Positions 45,981-56,900 of a DNA stretch of 64,000 nucleotides are shown in pieces. The stretch spans positions 1-64,000 of IMG/VR virus record IMGVR_UViG_3300047472_000309; one strand, 5' to 3'. Under the pieces are notes generated by a model. That model saw nothing but the letters and a program-made list of their open reading frames with translations. It searched no databases and had not been told where the DNA came from. Position numbers and translations under genes: made by a program. The stretch's first letter is position 1. Each line of letters opens with the position of its first letter.

Positions 45981-47435
45981 TTAGATGGATTGCTTGAAAC
46001 CCGCGTCGACCACTTGCAGCTGCGAGCCGACCCACCAGGCGACGTATTCGATCACCGAGATAGCGGCCGCTTCACGCACTTCGAGCGACGGGTTCTTCTT
46101 CTTGATGCGATCGATCCCGGCGAGGATACGCTCGGCTTCGGTCTTCGAGAAACGCGAGCGGCACACGAGCTTCAGACCCAGCGTGTAGAGGCATTCCAGA
46201 TCCGACTCGACCACCTCATCGAGCAGCTCATCGAACTTGGCCGTCGCTGCCCCCACGTCGAGGTTCGCGAGATCTTCCTCGGTAAGCTCGCGCAGCTGAC
46301 GACGAAATACCGTCGAGAGCGCTTCCTTGGTACGGGCGAACTTGCGGTTCGCTTCGACCGTGGCCGTCAGCGCAGCATGGTTGTCCCACGCACGCTTGAG
46401 CGTCCCGGCGTTAGCTTCGATGTCCTCGAGCATCACGTACGGGTTCGACTGCAGCAGGTTGCCGAAGAGCACTTCGTTCTCGCCGCCGTTCTCGATGTAC
46501 TGCTTGTAGAGCTGCGGGTTGACGACGATCTCGTTGCTGCTCAGGCTGATCACCAGCGCGCCTGCCGATTCGGCTTGCTCGTAGGCATTCAGTTCCCGGC
46601 ACAGGAAGGCCGCGGCTTGATCACGGAAGTCCGCCATCAGCGTTTCGTACTGCTGCAGGCTCATCGTGATCCCGTCGAGCGGGTTGTCGATCAGCTTGCG
46701 TGCGAGCAAGAAGATGATGAGGGCGTTGTCCACGCCGCAGTCGGGCGAATTGAGCAGATCGACGAAGCGATGCACCCGTGCGTCGTTGATGTCGGCTTGC
46801 TGTTGCTGGAAGGCTTTCGCCCACACGTCAATCAGGCAGCCGTCGCCCAGCGTTGCCGCAAACTGTTCGATGTCAGCATCCAGCGAAGCCGACCCGGTCT
46901 TCATCAGTTCGACGATTTCCGCACCGGTTTGATCCGGCAGGTTGAAATTCAGCGCCGGGGAATCCAGCGGCGTTTCTTCGAACTTGCGCACCATCGCGTC
47001 GAATGCAGCGTTCGTGAGCGGCGCGGGCAGTTCGTCGATGCGCACTTCCATGCCGAGCAGTTGGCTCGGGGTGTGCTGCGACAGAATGTCAGTCACACGG
47101 GTCACCAGATCATCCACGGCCGGAGCCACGACTTCCTTGGCAAACTTCACATGCGATTGGACTGCCGGGATACAGACTTCGGCGATCTGGTCGAACACGT
47201 TGTCGTGATCCGAGTCCCCAAAGACCGGATCTTTGATCGCAGCCGAAGCCGCGAGTTGTTGCAGGTCGACCTTGATCGTCACGCCATCGTGCGAGGACGT
47301 GACGGTTTCGGGACTGCGGGTGCGGTTCACCAGCATTTCCAGCGGCGTGTCCGCACGCGGCAGCACCAGCAGCTTGCGCTGGTCGAAGCGTTCGGCCAGC
47401 GGCAATGCGCTCTCGAGGGCTTGAATGCTCAGCAT
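45981..47435 (-). CDS. Conserved virion/head protein (phiKZ gp177-like)
   Basis: 484 aa; synteny; N-terminal QALES. Confidence 0.75.
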   Translation of the reverse strand: MLSIQALESALPLAERFDQRKLLVLPRADTPLEMLVNRTRSPETVTSSHDGVTIKVDLQQLAASAAIKDPVFGDSDHDNVFDQIAEVCIPAVQSHVKFAKEVVAPAVDDLVTRVTDILSQHTPSQLLGMEVRIDELPAPLTNAAFDAMVRKFEETPLDSPALNFNLPDQTGAEIVELMKTGSASLDADIEQFAATLGDGCLIDVWAKAFQQQQADINDARVHRFVDLLNSPDCGVDNALIIFLLARKLIDNPLDGITMSLQQYETLMADFRDQAAAFLCRELNAYEQAESAGALVISLSSNEIVVNPQLYKQYIENGGENEVLFGNLLQSNPYVMLEDIEANAGTLKRAWDNHAALTATVEANRKFARTKEALSTVFRRQLRELTEEDLANLDVGAATAKFDELLDEVVESDLECLYTLGLKLVCRSRFSKTEAERILAGIDRIKKKNPSLEVREAAAISVIEYVAWWVGSQLQVVDAGFKQSI

Positions 47436-47436
47436 G

Positions 47437-47634
47437 TTAATCAGCTCCCAGAACTTTGCCCGCGCTCTCTTGGAACTTGAGCTGAGCCAGATTGAAAATC
47501 GTGCCGCGCGTGAGGGGCGACCCGTCGATGGTGTCCGCTACGTCGTTACCGACGACTCCCTGGACAATAGCCGCAACCAACTCAGCGGCATTGCCAAGTG
47601 TTGCGACGGTCCGATGCGAATCTTGCAATTGCAT
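47437..47634 (-). CDS. Small hypothetical protein
   Basis: 65 aa, AGGA RBS, abuts the next gene. Confidence 0.65.
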   Translation of the reverse strand: MQLQDSHRTVATLGNAAELVAAIVQGVVGNDVADTIDGSPLTRGTIFNLAQLKFQESAGKVLGAD

Positions 47635-47726
47635 AGCTTTTCCTGTCTAGTAGACGTAAACGTTGAAAGGACGTGAAAAAAGGCCGAGTAGGTCACCCTC
47701 ACCGCAATGAGGGCAACCACACTCAG

Positions 47727-50700
47727 TTAGCTCTTGTAGGCAGCGACTGCTCGTTGGGCAATCACGTCCAGCAGGGTAGTGGTGGTGCCAATGATCGCAG
47801 GGCTATTCACAATACGATCGTAGACACTCTTGTAACCGAATACGCAGTCGATGACTGTGCCCGACTCCGTCTTCAGTTCGTTCTCCATCACCTTACCGAA
47901 CACCGTCTTCATCTGGTTGGCAAACACACCCTTGTCACCGACCCCTGCGCTCACATCAGCCGTGATGTAGATCTGAATCGCCACTGTATCCAACGCCAGT
48001 GGTTCTCCATCGACCCGGAAGCCCTCATCGGTACTTCCCGTGAAGCCCTTTCGTCCAGCGGACTTATGGCGCTTCGCCATCTCACGATCCGACATGTTCG
48101 TCAGTTGCCGCAGCGACTCCGACATGTCCTCTTTGTCCCCGTGATAGAAGACTTCAATACGCTCAACCACACCCTTGGTCTTGGAGAGCGGCACCTGAGC
48201 AGACAGATTGCGCAAGGTGTCCAGCGACTCCTCATCAAAGAGGTGATTGTTCGCGGTGACCGCGTCCTCGATTATGCATAAGATGTCCTCGCTGCCCACG
48301 CGCTGGCCGGTTTTCACCAACCGATGCACGGCTTGATCGAAGTTCACCACGATCTTACGCACCTTGGTGGTCTTCGTGGTCAAGAGACCCGACACCCGTT
48401 TGCTAATCGCCGAGGAGTCTTCCAGGGTATCGGTCGACTCCAACAGAACCGTCTTGACAATCGTCCCAGCCTTCCACACCACCTGATTCGGATTCAACGT
48501 ATCGCGCTCGAAGAATCCGGTGTTGTGACACAAGAGGTCGCCTGCCTTAAACACTTGACCTTCAACGACGTCAGCGACTACTTCATGCGCGACGGTAAGA
48601 CCCGCTGCGTTGCCATAACGACGACCCAGTTCGATCCCTTTGCGCGTACCATCGGCGTACTCGATCACCATGCCGGTGTCCGAGACGCTGATCACCTTGC
48701 CGTCCTTCTTGGCCGTATAGGCGTAGAGGTCTGAAGTCCGATGCGCGAGCACCTGTTCATAGCCGGTACGCACCGAGGCTTGCGTGTAACCCGCGCAGGC
48801 AATCCCGTGAGAATGCTGAATACCCACGAAGTTCACCCGCTTCGCATCATCGCGATCCGAGCCCGGTGACAAGAGCGCCGCAGTTGAGAGCAGGGCCGTC
48901 GCACCCGTCACTCCAATCTCGTACGGATTAGAGGTCCCGCGCAGTGAGTTAAACTGCGGGTCCGCCGACAGGTAGGTGTTGATCGCCACGTCGGAGGAGT
49001 CCTTGGTCGACTCGGAGATGGTCCCCATGTCGTTGCGATGGTACTGACGCGTGCGCTTGGTCATCGAGCGCGACCCCCGTCCACCGGTCCCCGAGAACGT
49101 GACGGCCTCGACGTCTTTCAGGTTTTCCACCGGATTGATGTCCGATACCTGGTTCTTGGCCGGGTCGGTCTGAATCGCCGTCCAGACAGCGTACGGGTTC
49201 AGGTCGATCGGATGCTTGTTCTTGCCCGGGCGGCCGTTATGAATCCGAATCGCCCGAATCAGTTCCGCATACACCGCCCCTGCCATACGCTCGTAGCCCT
49301 TGATCCGCATGTACTTCGGATCGAGCTCGTCGGGGTGGGTATCCGAGAGTAGCATCTCCACCGAGCGCACCAACAGCCCCTGGAACGTCAGCGGCTCTTT
49401 CATGCCCTGCAAGATTTCCCGTGTGATCGGATCGATAAACATCTGGTACATCAAATCGATCTCACGCAGGTAACGCTCCGAGCGACCATTGCCTTCGAGG
49501 ATGTTCAGATAGACGCCGCGCCGATCAAACTCGAACACACTGTAGTTACGGATCTGTCGATGGAACTCGTTAAAGCCGCCGAGGATCATCGCCGCGAAGG
49601 TGTTATCGCGCGGGAAGATCAGCGTCTCATCCGAGAACGCAATCGCGTACTCGTTATCTTGCAGGTTCAGACGCTGGCCCGCGTTCACACGGCGTGCCGT
49701 CACCTTCAGCGCCCGCATGAGCTTTTCCAAGCCCATTTGGTAGCCCAATACCACCGCCAGCGGAATCGTCCGACCCAGTACCTTGAGCTCCGCAAACTCC
49801 ACCGGGGCTTTCTTGGCTTCCAGATCCAGCAACTGCTCAAAGCCCGGCAGAGCGTCATCGGTATTCTGAATCACACCATCGATCAAACCGACCAGGGCCA
49901 TCGAGTTATCCGGATACATGACGATATACTCACCGCCTTCCGCCTGCCCGCAGATGATCTTACCTTCGCTTTCGAGCGCCGCCAAGACGTCCGGTCCGTA
50001 GAGCTTCTCACGCTTTGAGTGATCAAAGAGGAAGTTGAGCTTCTTCGAGAAATGGGCCGAATCCACCGTGAAACCCCGAAAGCCCATCGCCATGGATGAA
50101 TACAGACGCGGCGCTTCAAAGAGGTTGTCGAACACGTCGCCCGGATGCAGATTCACCACCGTGGTGTTCTCGTTATCCAGTCCCATCGCCATGATCGCAT
50201 TACGCATCCACTGCGAACGATCGTTCACGCGTTTTTCGCTCCGTGACACAAACACCTTACCGTAGTAAGACGTCAGCGCCACCCGATCCGGTGCAATCTT
50301 ACGAATCGGCATGTCACCCTTTTGCTTACGGATGCGATAGCGCGTACCGTTGGCCATGTAAGTGCCATCGTCTTGCAACAGCGGCAGCTTAAAGTGCAAG
50401 GTAGAGGCCGTGCCCTGCACCGGCACAATCCGTACGTGGTACATCACGTACGAGCCCATCACATCCTCCACTTCTTCACGCTCGTAGGACGTCACGCAGA
50501 TCCCGGCGTTTTGCAACGCCAGTACCATGCCTGCCACATCCTTTTCCAGCAGCGTCTCGATGTAGCGCTGGTCGAACTCCAGCAGCGACGATTTTAACAT
50601 CGTCTTATCCAGCACGGTCGGAATGTCCTTGATGGCGGGCGATTCCACGATCTTGGTTTCGTGTGGCTGGACTTGCGAGAAGTCGTGCAGGTTACCTTCG

Positions 50701-52265
50701 CCCTTGGGCGCAGGCAGGTTCTTGGGCGACTGTGCCAGTTGCGTGAAACGACGATACTCCGCCGCACTGACCATCCCGTCATCCGCCAGGCGATTGAGCA
50801 AAGCAATCACGCCGTCTTCCGGTTGCGGCACGTCATTCAGCTCGACCACTTCCGCCGGATGCGGAATCTCACCCGCGCTCACCGCGACGGCTTGACGACT
50901 GAGCTTATCGAGCGTTTGCAGATCCTTTTCAATCTGCGCGTCTTCAGTCGGATCAAAGACAAAGTCCTCGGCCTTCTCGGTCGGGGTGAATTCATCGGTC
51001 GGGGTGCTCTTGACCGAGTTGGTCTTCACTGCCGTCGGCTTCAGAATTGCTTCGCCCGTAATCGGATCGACCTTGGGGAGACTGCCCGTTTGCTTGAAGG
51101 TCGGCAAGAGACTCTCGTCTTCCTCGTCGTCCTTGTTTGCATCGAACTGCTCATCGGGATCGTAATGCTGCGCTTCCGGTACGCCATCGGCGCTCGCGTC
51201 TTGCGCATCCGCCGCCTGGATCGACTCTTCGTCTTGGGCGGCGTCTTCAGCTTCCGGACCCACATCCGTTCGCACTTGGAAGAGCGACATCGACATGCGC
51301 AGCAAGCGACGCTGCATCTGCACCGGCGACAGTCCCTTTTGATTCGCCTGCGGATTCGCCGCGAGCTCTTCCTCGGTCGCCACGCGCCAGCGATTGATGA
51401 CACCCAGATTCACCACGAACCACCGACCCGATTCCGTGAAGATCAGATTCACGCGATCCAGATGCTCATCATTGACGTTGGCAATCAGCGAGCTATGGCG
51501 GGCGTCGCCTGCCCACTTCCACAGCTCGAGCAGCATCAGGGCTTCGGGCGTATGGAACACCTTGAGCGTACGCTGGTTCATTGCTTCCATCGCTACGCTA
51601 TCCACATAGTGGGGCGAGGCTTGCACCAGATCCAGATACTCCTGATCGACGGACTCTAGCGCCAGCTTGATACCTTCGGCGGCATGGCTCAGCACGTCGC
51701 CTTCGATAAGCGACTCCGAGGCAATGCGCAAATCCGTCAAGCCCGGCAAAATCTTCGGCAGCCGGATTTCGATGAACTGATGCCGGGTCGAGTCTTTCGC
51801 CAGATCGCCAATGCGCTTCCAGACCGTGGCTGCAATATTGTACCAGCGGTTGTACTCCGCAAACATCGAGCGCTGATAACGGTAGAGCCCCGCCAGAAAG
51901 CCGTAGTTCATCACGAACGGGACATTCACATCGCGCAGCGCAGCGTTCAGGTTGATCTGACGACGAAACCGGCGATGATGCTGGTGGTACTTGCGAATCT
52001 CGGTTTCCACCGGCACTGCGACCCGCCGTGGCATGCCCTTGTCCGAGAGCAACTCGATCTGATGCATGATCGGGATGGGACGCGCCACATGCCGAAAGAG
52101 AAACTCATCCGAACGCGGGCCGATATCCACCGCGCTTTCACTCACGTAGTGAAAGATCGACTCACGCGGCAGCTCCAGCAAATCGAGCTTGGGCATGGGT
52201 GGGTTCGTCAACTGCGAAGCCGTGCGCACACCAAAGCGTCGAAAGAAGTTGTTGTAGAAAATCAT
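47727..52265 (-). CDS. Virion RNA polymerase beta-like subunit (phiKZ gp178-like)
   Basis: 1512 aa; GTGGR, DDAKRVNF..IQ, EDSSAIS and GDK....QMK beta motifs; acidic N-terminal region. Confidence 0.93.
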   Translation of the reverse strand: MIFYNNFFRRFGVRTASQLTNPPMPKLDLLELPRESIFHYVSESAVDIGPRSDEFLFRHVARPIPIMHQIELLSDKGMPRRVAVPVETEIRKYHQHHRRFRRQINLNAALRDVNVPFVMNYGFLAGLYRYQRSMFAEYNRWYNIAATVWKRIGDLAKDSTRHQFIEIRLPKILPGLTDLRIASESLIEGDVLSHAAEGIKLALESVDQEYLDLVQASPHYVDSVAMEAMNQRTLKVFHTPEALMLLELWKWAGDARHSSLIANVNDEHLDRVNLIFTESGRWFVVNLGVINRWRVATEEELAANPQANQKGLSPVQMQRRLLRMSMSLFQVRTDVGPEAEDAAQDEESIQAADAQDASADGVPEAQHYDPDEQFDANKDDEEDESLLPTFKQTGSLPKVDPITGEAILKPTAVKTNSVKSTPTDEFTPTEKAEDFVFDPTEDAQIEKDLQTLDKLSRQAVAVSAGEIPHPAEVVELNDVPQPEDGVIALLNRLADDGMVSAAEYRRFTQLAQSPKNLPAPKGEGNLHDFSQVQPHETKIVESPAIKDIPTVLDKTMLKSSLLEFDQRYIETLLEKDVAGMVLALQNAGICVTSYEREEVEDVMGSYVMYHVRIVPVQGTASTLHFKLPLLQDDGTYMANGTRYRIRKQKGDMPIRKIAPDRVALTSYYGKVFVSRSEKRVNDRSQWMRNAIMAMGLDNENTTVVNLHPGDVFDNLFEAPRLYSSMAMGFRGFTVDSAHFSKKLNFLFDHSKREKLYGPDVLAALESEGKIICGQAEGGEYIVMYPDNSMALVGLIDGVIQNTDDALPGFEQLLDLEAKKAPVEFAELKVLGRTIPLAVVLGYQMGLEKLMRALKVTARRVNAGQRLNLQDNEYAIAFSDETLIFPRDNTFAAMILGGFNEFHRQIRNYSVFEFDRRGVYLNILEGNGRSERYLREIDLMYQMFIDPITREILQGMKEPLTFQGLLVRSVEMLLSDTHPDELDPKYMRIKGYERMAGAVYAELIRAIRIHNGRPGKNKHPIDLNPYAVWTAIQTDPAKNQVSDINPVENLKDVEAVTFSGTGGRGSRSMTKRTRQYHRNDMGTISESTKDSSDVAINTYLSADPQFNSLRGTSNPYEIGVTGATALLSTAALLSPGSDRDDAKRVNFVGIQHSHGIACAGYTQASVRTGYEQVLAHRTSDLYAYTAKKDGKVISVSDTGMVIEYADGTRKGIELGRRYGNAAGLTVAHEVVADVVEGQVFKAGDLLCHNTGFFERDTLNPNQVVWKAGTIVKTVLLESTDTLEDSSAISKRVSGLLTTKTTKVRKIVVNFDQAVHRLVKTGQRVGSEDILCIIEDAVTANNHLFDEESLDTLRNLSAQVPLSKTKGVVERIEVFYHGDKEDMSESLRQLTNMSDREMAKRHKSAGRKGFTGSTDEGFRVDGEPLALDTVAIQIYITADVSAGVGDKGVFANQMKTVFGKVMENELKTESGTVIDCVFGYKSVYDRIVNSPAIIGTTTTLLDVIAQRAVAAYKS

Positions 52266-53890
52266 GAATCGTAACCTGTCAGATTGTGGAACACCAAGGA
52301 CACGGTCGAGACTTCGATACTGGACATGAAGGAGCCGTCGGTACCGACGTAGGCGCGCTTCTTACTCAGGTGTGCCTTGACTTCCGCGATGGATTCGTCC
52401 GAGTACGTGACGTTACCCGAAGCGGTATCGCCGTCAAAGTCCGCGCCCAGTTTGCCAAGCTTGGCTGAGTGCGGCACCAGCGAGTTGATAAACGCACCGC
52501 CCGTAATCGGGAACTGATACGCCACCGGCGCATCCAGTCGTAGTTGCCACTGCTCATCGAGCTCCTTGCGAACCTCAGCCTTAATCGTCGTCTTCACATA
52601 GGCGAGCGACGGATAGATCGAGCCCACCCCGGTCACCGGGTAACGCGTCACAAAGAGCGGCAAGCCATTGATGGCCTGGAAGGTCGACAGATAGAGCAGC
52701 TCACAAAAGGTGAGCGGCGTCACATCTTTGCGACTGCGCTCAATGGGCACATCACCAATGTCCTGGAAGATCTTGTAGGTCCCGTCCGGGCCCTTGTAAA
52801 TGAGACCGAGGTAATAGCCTTCAATCTCCAGCGGCTTATGGCGCAGGTCCTCGTCTCCAAACGACGTGATCACCTTCTCGATGCCTTCGTTGGTCATCCA
52901 GCGATCGTAGCTTTGCGTCTTGAGTGTGACTTCGACTGGGCGCAGCGTCTTCTTGTCAATCAGCTTTACCGGCCGACCCACTTCAAAGAACACCTTGGAG
53001 AGAAAGCCGTTGCGAATGTTGTACATCGCAATCGGACGCGCCGCTTTCAACATCTGGTACAGGCCGATCACGGTGTTATTAAAGCCCACCGCGTCGGGTG
53101 CCCCCAGATAGGGACTGGACGTATCCATCGCCGTAATCACGTTTCGCGTGCCGTCCTGAATCCGCCGACTGGCCCACTTGCCCATCAGCAGCTTCTTCTT
53201 GCCCTGCACCATGTTTTCCAGCATGTCGTACAACTGGTTAAAGGTGAGCTGCAAGTTGTAGCGTGCGGTGTTGATCACTTCCGGTGCAGTCTTGACCGAC
53301 GCTTCGGAGATGGTGTTGGAGATCGCCAGCAGCTTGCGGTAAAAGGTGTTGATTTCATCCATCTGCACCCGACCGCCATCGAGCTCCACGTCACGCATCC
53401 CCGCAGGCATCACAATCACTTTGCTGGTGAGCGCCACGCTCTGGAACTTCTTCAAGAGCGACACATTCATTTCCCGTGTCACACTCTTGGTGTCACCGAA
53501 TTCGATGAGCTTCCAGTATTCCAGAAAGAATGCGTAGCCGGTACGGCCGGTAATTGAATTGCTGCGCTCAAAGTCTTTGGTTTCCGGATTCCACACCGCG
53601 TACTCAGTGCCTGCCATAATCGCAGCATAGAGGCGCTTGAGCTGGGCGAGTGCCCGATAGATCACCGGATGGAACACCGGGGCCTTGATGTCAACAAACG
53701 AAAAGCGCTGACTCCGGCGCTCATCCCCGACTTTGCCGAAGATGCTCACCGAGAAGAGTCCGCCTTCGTCGAAGTTGTGGGTCGCGCCATCGAAGATGTC
53801 TTGCTTCGTAACAGGTTTCACACCCACGAGCTTTTTCTCCGTGAGTTCAAGGATACTCACGTTAAATGGGACTTCGCTTTTCTGGGGCAT
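52262..53890 (-). CDS. Virion RNA polymerase beta'-like catalytic subunit (phiKZ gp180-like)
   Basis: GLFS..IFG, TRNVIT, TRYP and GADFDGD motifs; ATGA overlap with the beta gene. Confidence 0.95.
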   Translation of the reverse strand: MPQKSEVPFNVSILELTEKKLVGVKPVTKQDIFDGATHNFDEGGLFSVSIFGKVGDERRSQRFSFVDIKAPVFHPVIYRALAQLKRLYAAIMAGTEYAVWNPETKDFERSNSITGRTGYAFFLEYWKLIEFGDTKSVTREMNVSLLKKFQSVALTSKVIVMPAGMRDVELDGGRVQMDEINTFYRKLLAISNTISEASVKTAPEVINTARYNLQLTFNQLYDMLENMVQGKKKLLMGKWASRRIQDGTRNVITAMDTSSPYLGAPDAVGFNNTVIGLYQMLKAARPIAMYNIRNGFLSKVFFEVGRPVKLIDKKTLRPVEVTLKTQSYDRWMTNEGIEKVITSFGDEDLRHKPLEIEGYYLGLIYKGPDGTYKIFQDIGDVPIERSRKDVTPLTFCELLYLSTFQAINGLPLFVTRYPVTGVGSIYPSLAYVKTTIKAEVRKELDEQWQLRLDAPVAYQFPITGGAFINSLVPHSAKLGKLGADFDGDTASGNVTYSDESIAEVKAHLSKKRAYVGTDGSFMSSIEVSTVSLVFHNLTGYDS

Positions 53891-53967
53891 ATATCTTATC
53901 CTGCGGGTTTTAAGCCCAAACCTATGAGGGGCTCACGTGCAGCCCGACATCATTGGAGCCTGTGTTT

Positions 53968-56900
53968 ATGGCCAAGCAACAAAAATTCACGTTGAACGAT
54001 TTCCAGTTCGACAAGAACCTTGACGTGCCTGATTTCGATTTCGATCTCAAGCCGCCGAAGGATAACCGCAAGCCGGTTACCAAAGTCGCTGCGGGCCTGA
54101 AAGAAGGCATCAGCCTGTCGGCGAAGAACTCCGAGTTTATCAAGGGCGTCATTGAGAAAGCACTGCCTCGGGGATACGGCTCCGCGTATGATCTCGCCGA
54201 GAAATCGTTCGGATCGATAAAAAGTCTATACGATGATACGACCAAGGAAATCCGGCCGTTCATGAACGACTTGAAGCGCACGACGGCACGCTTGCTCCCG
54301 AAGGTGGAGCAGGCGATGCCGGACAAGCTCAAGAAGCAAGTGAAGGACTGGACTGAGACGGCGGACGCCAAACCGGGCAGCTCGAACTATGATCCTCGCG
54401 AAGCCGAGATCAGTGCGATGCTTGCAGGCTTCGCCCAGGTTCAGTCCGAACTCCAATACAAACAAACCACTGAATCAGACACCAAGGATCGACTCCGTGA
54501 AGGCCTCGAACAAGTCCGCCATCGGGACAAGCTTAAGCAGATGGACTCGCTGCGCGTTGGCATTGCTCAGCTTGTGGATTACCAGTCCAACGTTACCGCT
54601 AACTACCATCGCAAGTCGCTCGAGCTCCAGTACCGCCATTACTTCGTTGCTGTAGACGCACTGGAAGAAACCAAGCGCAGCAACGCAGAGATGCGCCTGC
54701 TCTTGCAAAGCGTGGTGCACAATACGGCGCTACCCGAGCAAGCCAAGCTCAAGGCTTCGGACACCTTCAAGGACATGGCCAAGCAACAGGCCATGAAGCT
54801 GATTGGCGGCACCATTCTTGGGCGCGGCCAGGAGTTCTTGAACAATCTCACCGGGAACCTGAAGAAGAACGCCTTGCGCACGGTGAAGGGCGGGCTGGGT
54901 CATGGTCGCTCAGGGATGGACATGTTAAACGGCGTCCTGGATGCTGATGACATGGCGCGTGCAATGGGCATGCAAACCGATCCGTATCATGCTGGCGGGA
55001 TGGTGGCCGGTGCGTTTGGCACAGGCATCATCGGGCAGTGGCTCGCTAAGAAGATGGCGCCGCACTTGCAAAAGATGCCAGGTGTAAAGAAGTTCGGTAA
55101 CAAATTGCAGTACGGCGTTGAGAACGTGCCGCAGATGCTCGGCGAATGGGCGCGCTCGAACAAGCACGAGAATGGTGGCATCACCGACGGTCTGGTACGC
55201 TTCTTGAAGATGAACGTCAGGAGCTCGCAGAAGATGCAAACCGGTCTGCAAAAGGATACCGTTGAAGGCATGGGGGAGCCGTCCTACTTTAGCCGTCAGT
55301 CGGCAAAGTCGTTGAACGAGATCATTCCTGGCTACCTCGCCCGGATTCTGCGTGAGTTGCAAGTCACCCGCACCGGGGACCCGAACGTCGAGATGACGCA
55401 TTATGACTACACCAAGAACAAGTTCGACACGCAAAGCAATGTGCGTACGAACGCGTTTAAGTCCCTGGTCAAAGACAACGAGCGCAAGTGGACCACCGAG
55501 TCGATCGATAGCCTGATCGATGAAGTTACCACTAAGACGGGCAAAACCCTCACCCCGGAACAGAAGAAGATTCTCGGTAGTCAGCTCTTGCGTAACAACG
55601 TCAAGGGTCGCCTAGGTGGGGAAGAGGTGCTCGGTAACCGGCGCCGTTATGATGGTGATGCCGCACCGCACGCTGATGCGTTTGCCGATCTGTTTAAGAC
55701 GTACTTCCGCAACGATCACGATAACGAGCGCAAGCACTCGTTTGCCAATGCGTACAATGCATTTGGTCAGTATGCGTCCGCCTCGCGTGAAAAGGTCCAG
55801 CATTTTTCCAATCTGGGCATGAACGACTTCTTGAATGAGGCGGGCCTGCTTAATGATGACGAAGATGGCGTGAAGCTCGAGCAGTTCTTTGACTACTATT
55901 ACGGCAAGGACTTTAACCCGGCCGCGGGGAGTACTGCGAATGGTTTTCGTCCCGCTCAGGCTGGGGCAGCCGCGGCTGCTGTGGGTCCGCGTCGTCGTCG
56001 GCGGCGCGGCAATGCAGGCAGTATTGGTCGCGCAAATCGCGGTGGGGTGCATCAAGCCCTGTCTCAATTGGCAGCGGGTCCGGTCCCGTCCTTTGCAACG
56101 CCTGGTCTGATTACGCCGAGCTTTGTACCGACGACCGCTAATGCGGGTGCCTATAGCCCGCAACCGAACGCCGCCGTCGGCACGCCCAAGTATCGTCAGC
56201 AGTTGGCGAACTACTTGCAAAAGCTGGGAGTACCGGTTCAGCAAGTCAATGCGCTGGTGGAGCAAACTGTTTCTGCCATGGGAGCAACGGCGCACGGTGC
56301 AGTACAAGGTGCGGCAGGTTTGCAAGCCGCGGGTACGCAACGCGCTGGCGGGTTCTTTAGCAATGCACGAGATCACGCGCGTGAGTTTGCTAACCGGACG
56401 GCTTCGGGTGCACGCGCGCTGCATGAGAATGCCAAGAACCACATCGAGACGTTGCTCGAGAAGCTCTCTGAAGGTGTAGGGTCCATTAGCGATGGGATCA
56501 AGGCCATCCAGGAACGTTTCGCCGAAGCGCTGCCAGTGATGGTGGTCGGTAACGCCGCAGATGGTTCGATCCCGACGGGTGCCGCAGGTACGGGTCGCAA
56601 GGTACGCTGGTGGAACAAGTCCATCAAGGACGGTGTCAAGAGCCTCGCCTCGGGCGCATGGGGCGGCATGAAGAGTGCAGGCAAGCTGGGTAACTGGTTG
56701 GTCGGCAGCAGCTTCGGTGGTCTCTTCGGCACGGCCAAGGCGGTGGGCGGTATGGCAACCGGTCTCGCAGGCAAGGTGATTGACAAGGCCCGCGGCTTTA
56801 AGGATGTGTATTCAGAAGAGACAGGTCCGCGTAAGGTCCTGCTCTATGCGGCACGTCTGAAGGCTGGTGAATACTTCGATGTCAAGACGGGCAAACCCGT

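Noticed and set aside
45522-47480. 652-aa + strand ORF, and similar ones at 1485-2876, 17569-18606 and 30166-31596
   Set aside because: Antisense shadows of recognisable genes
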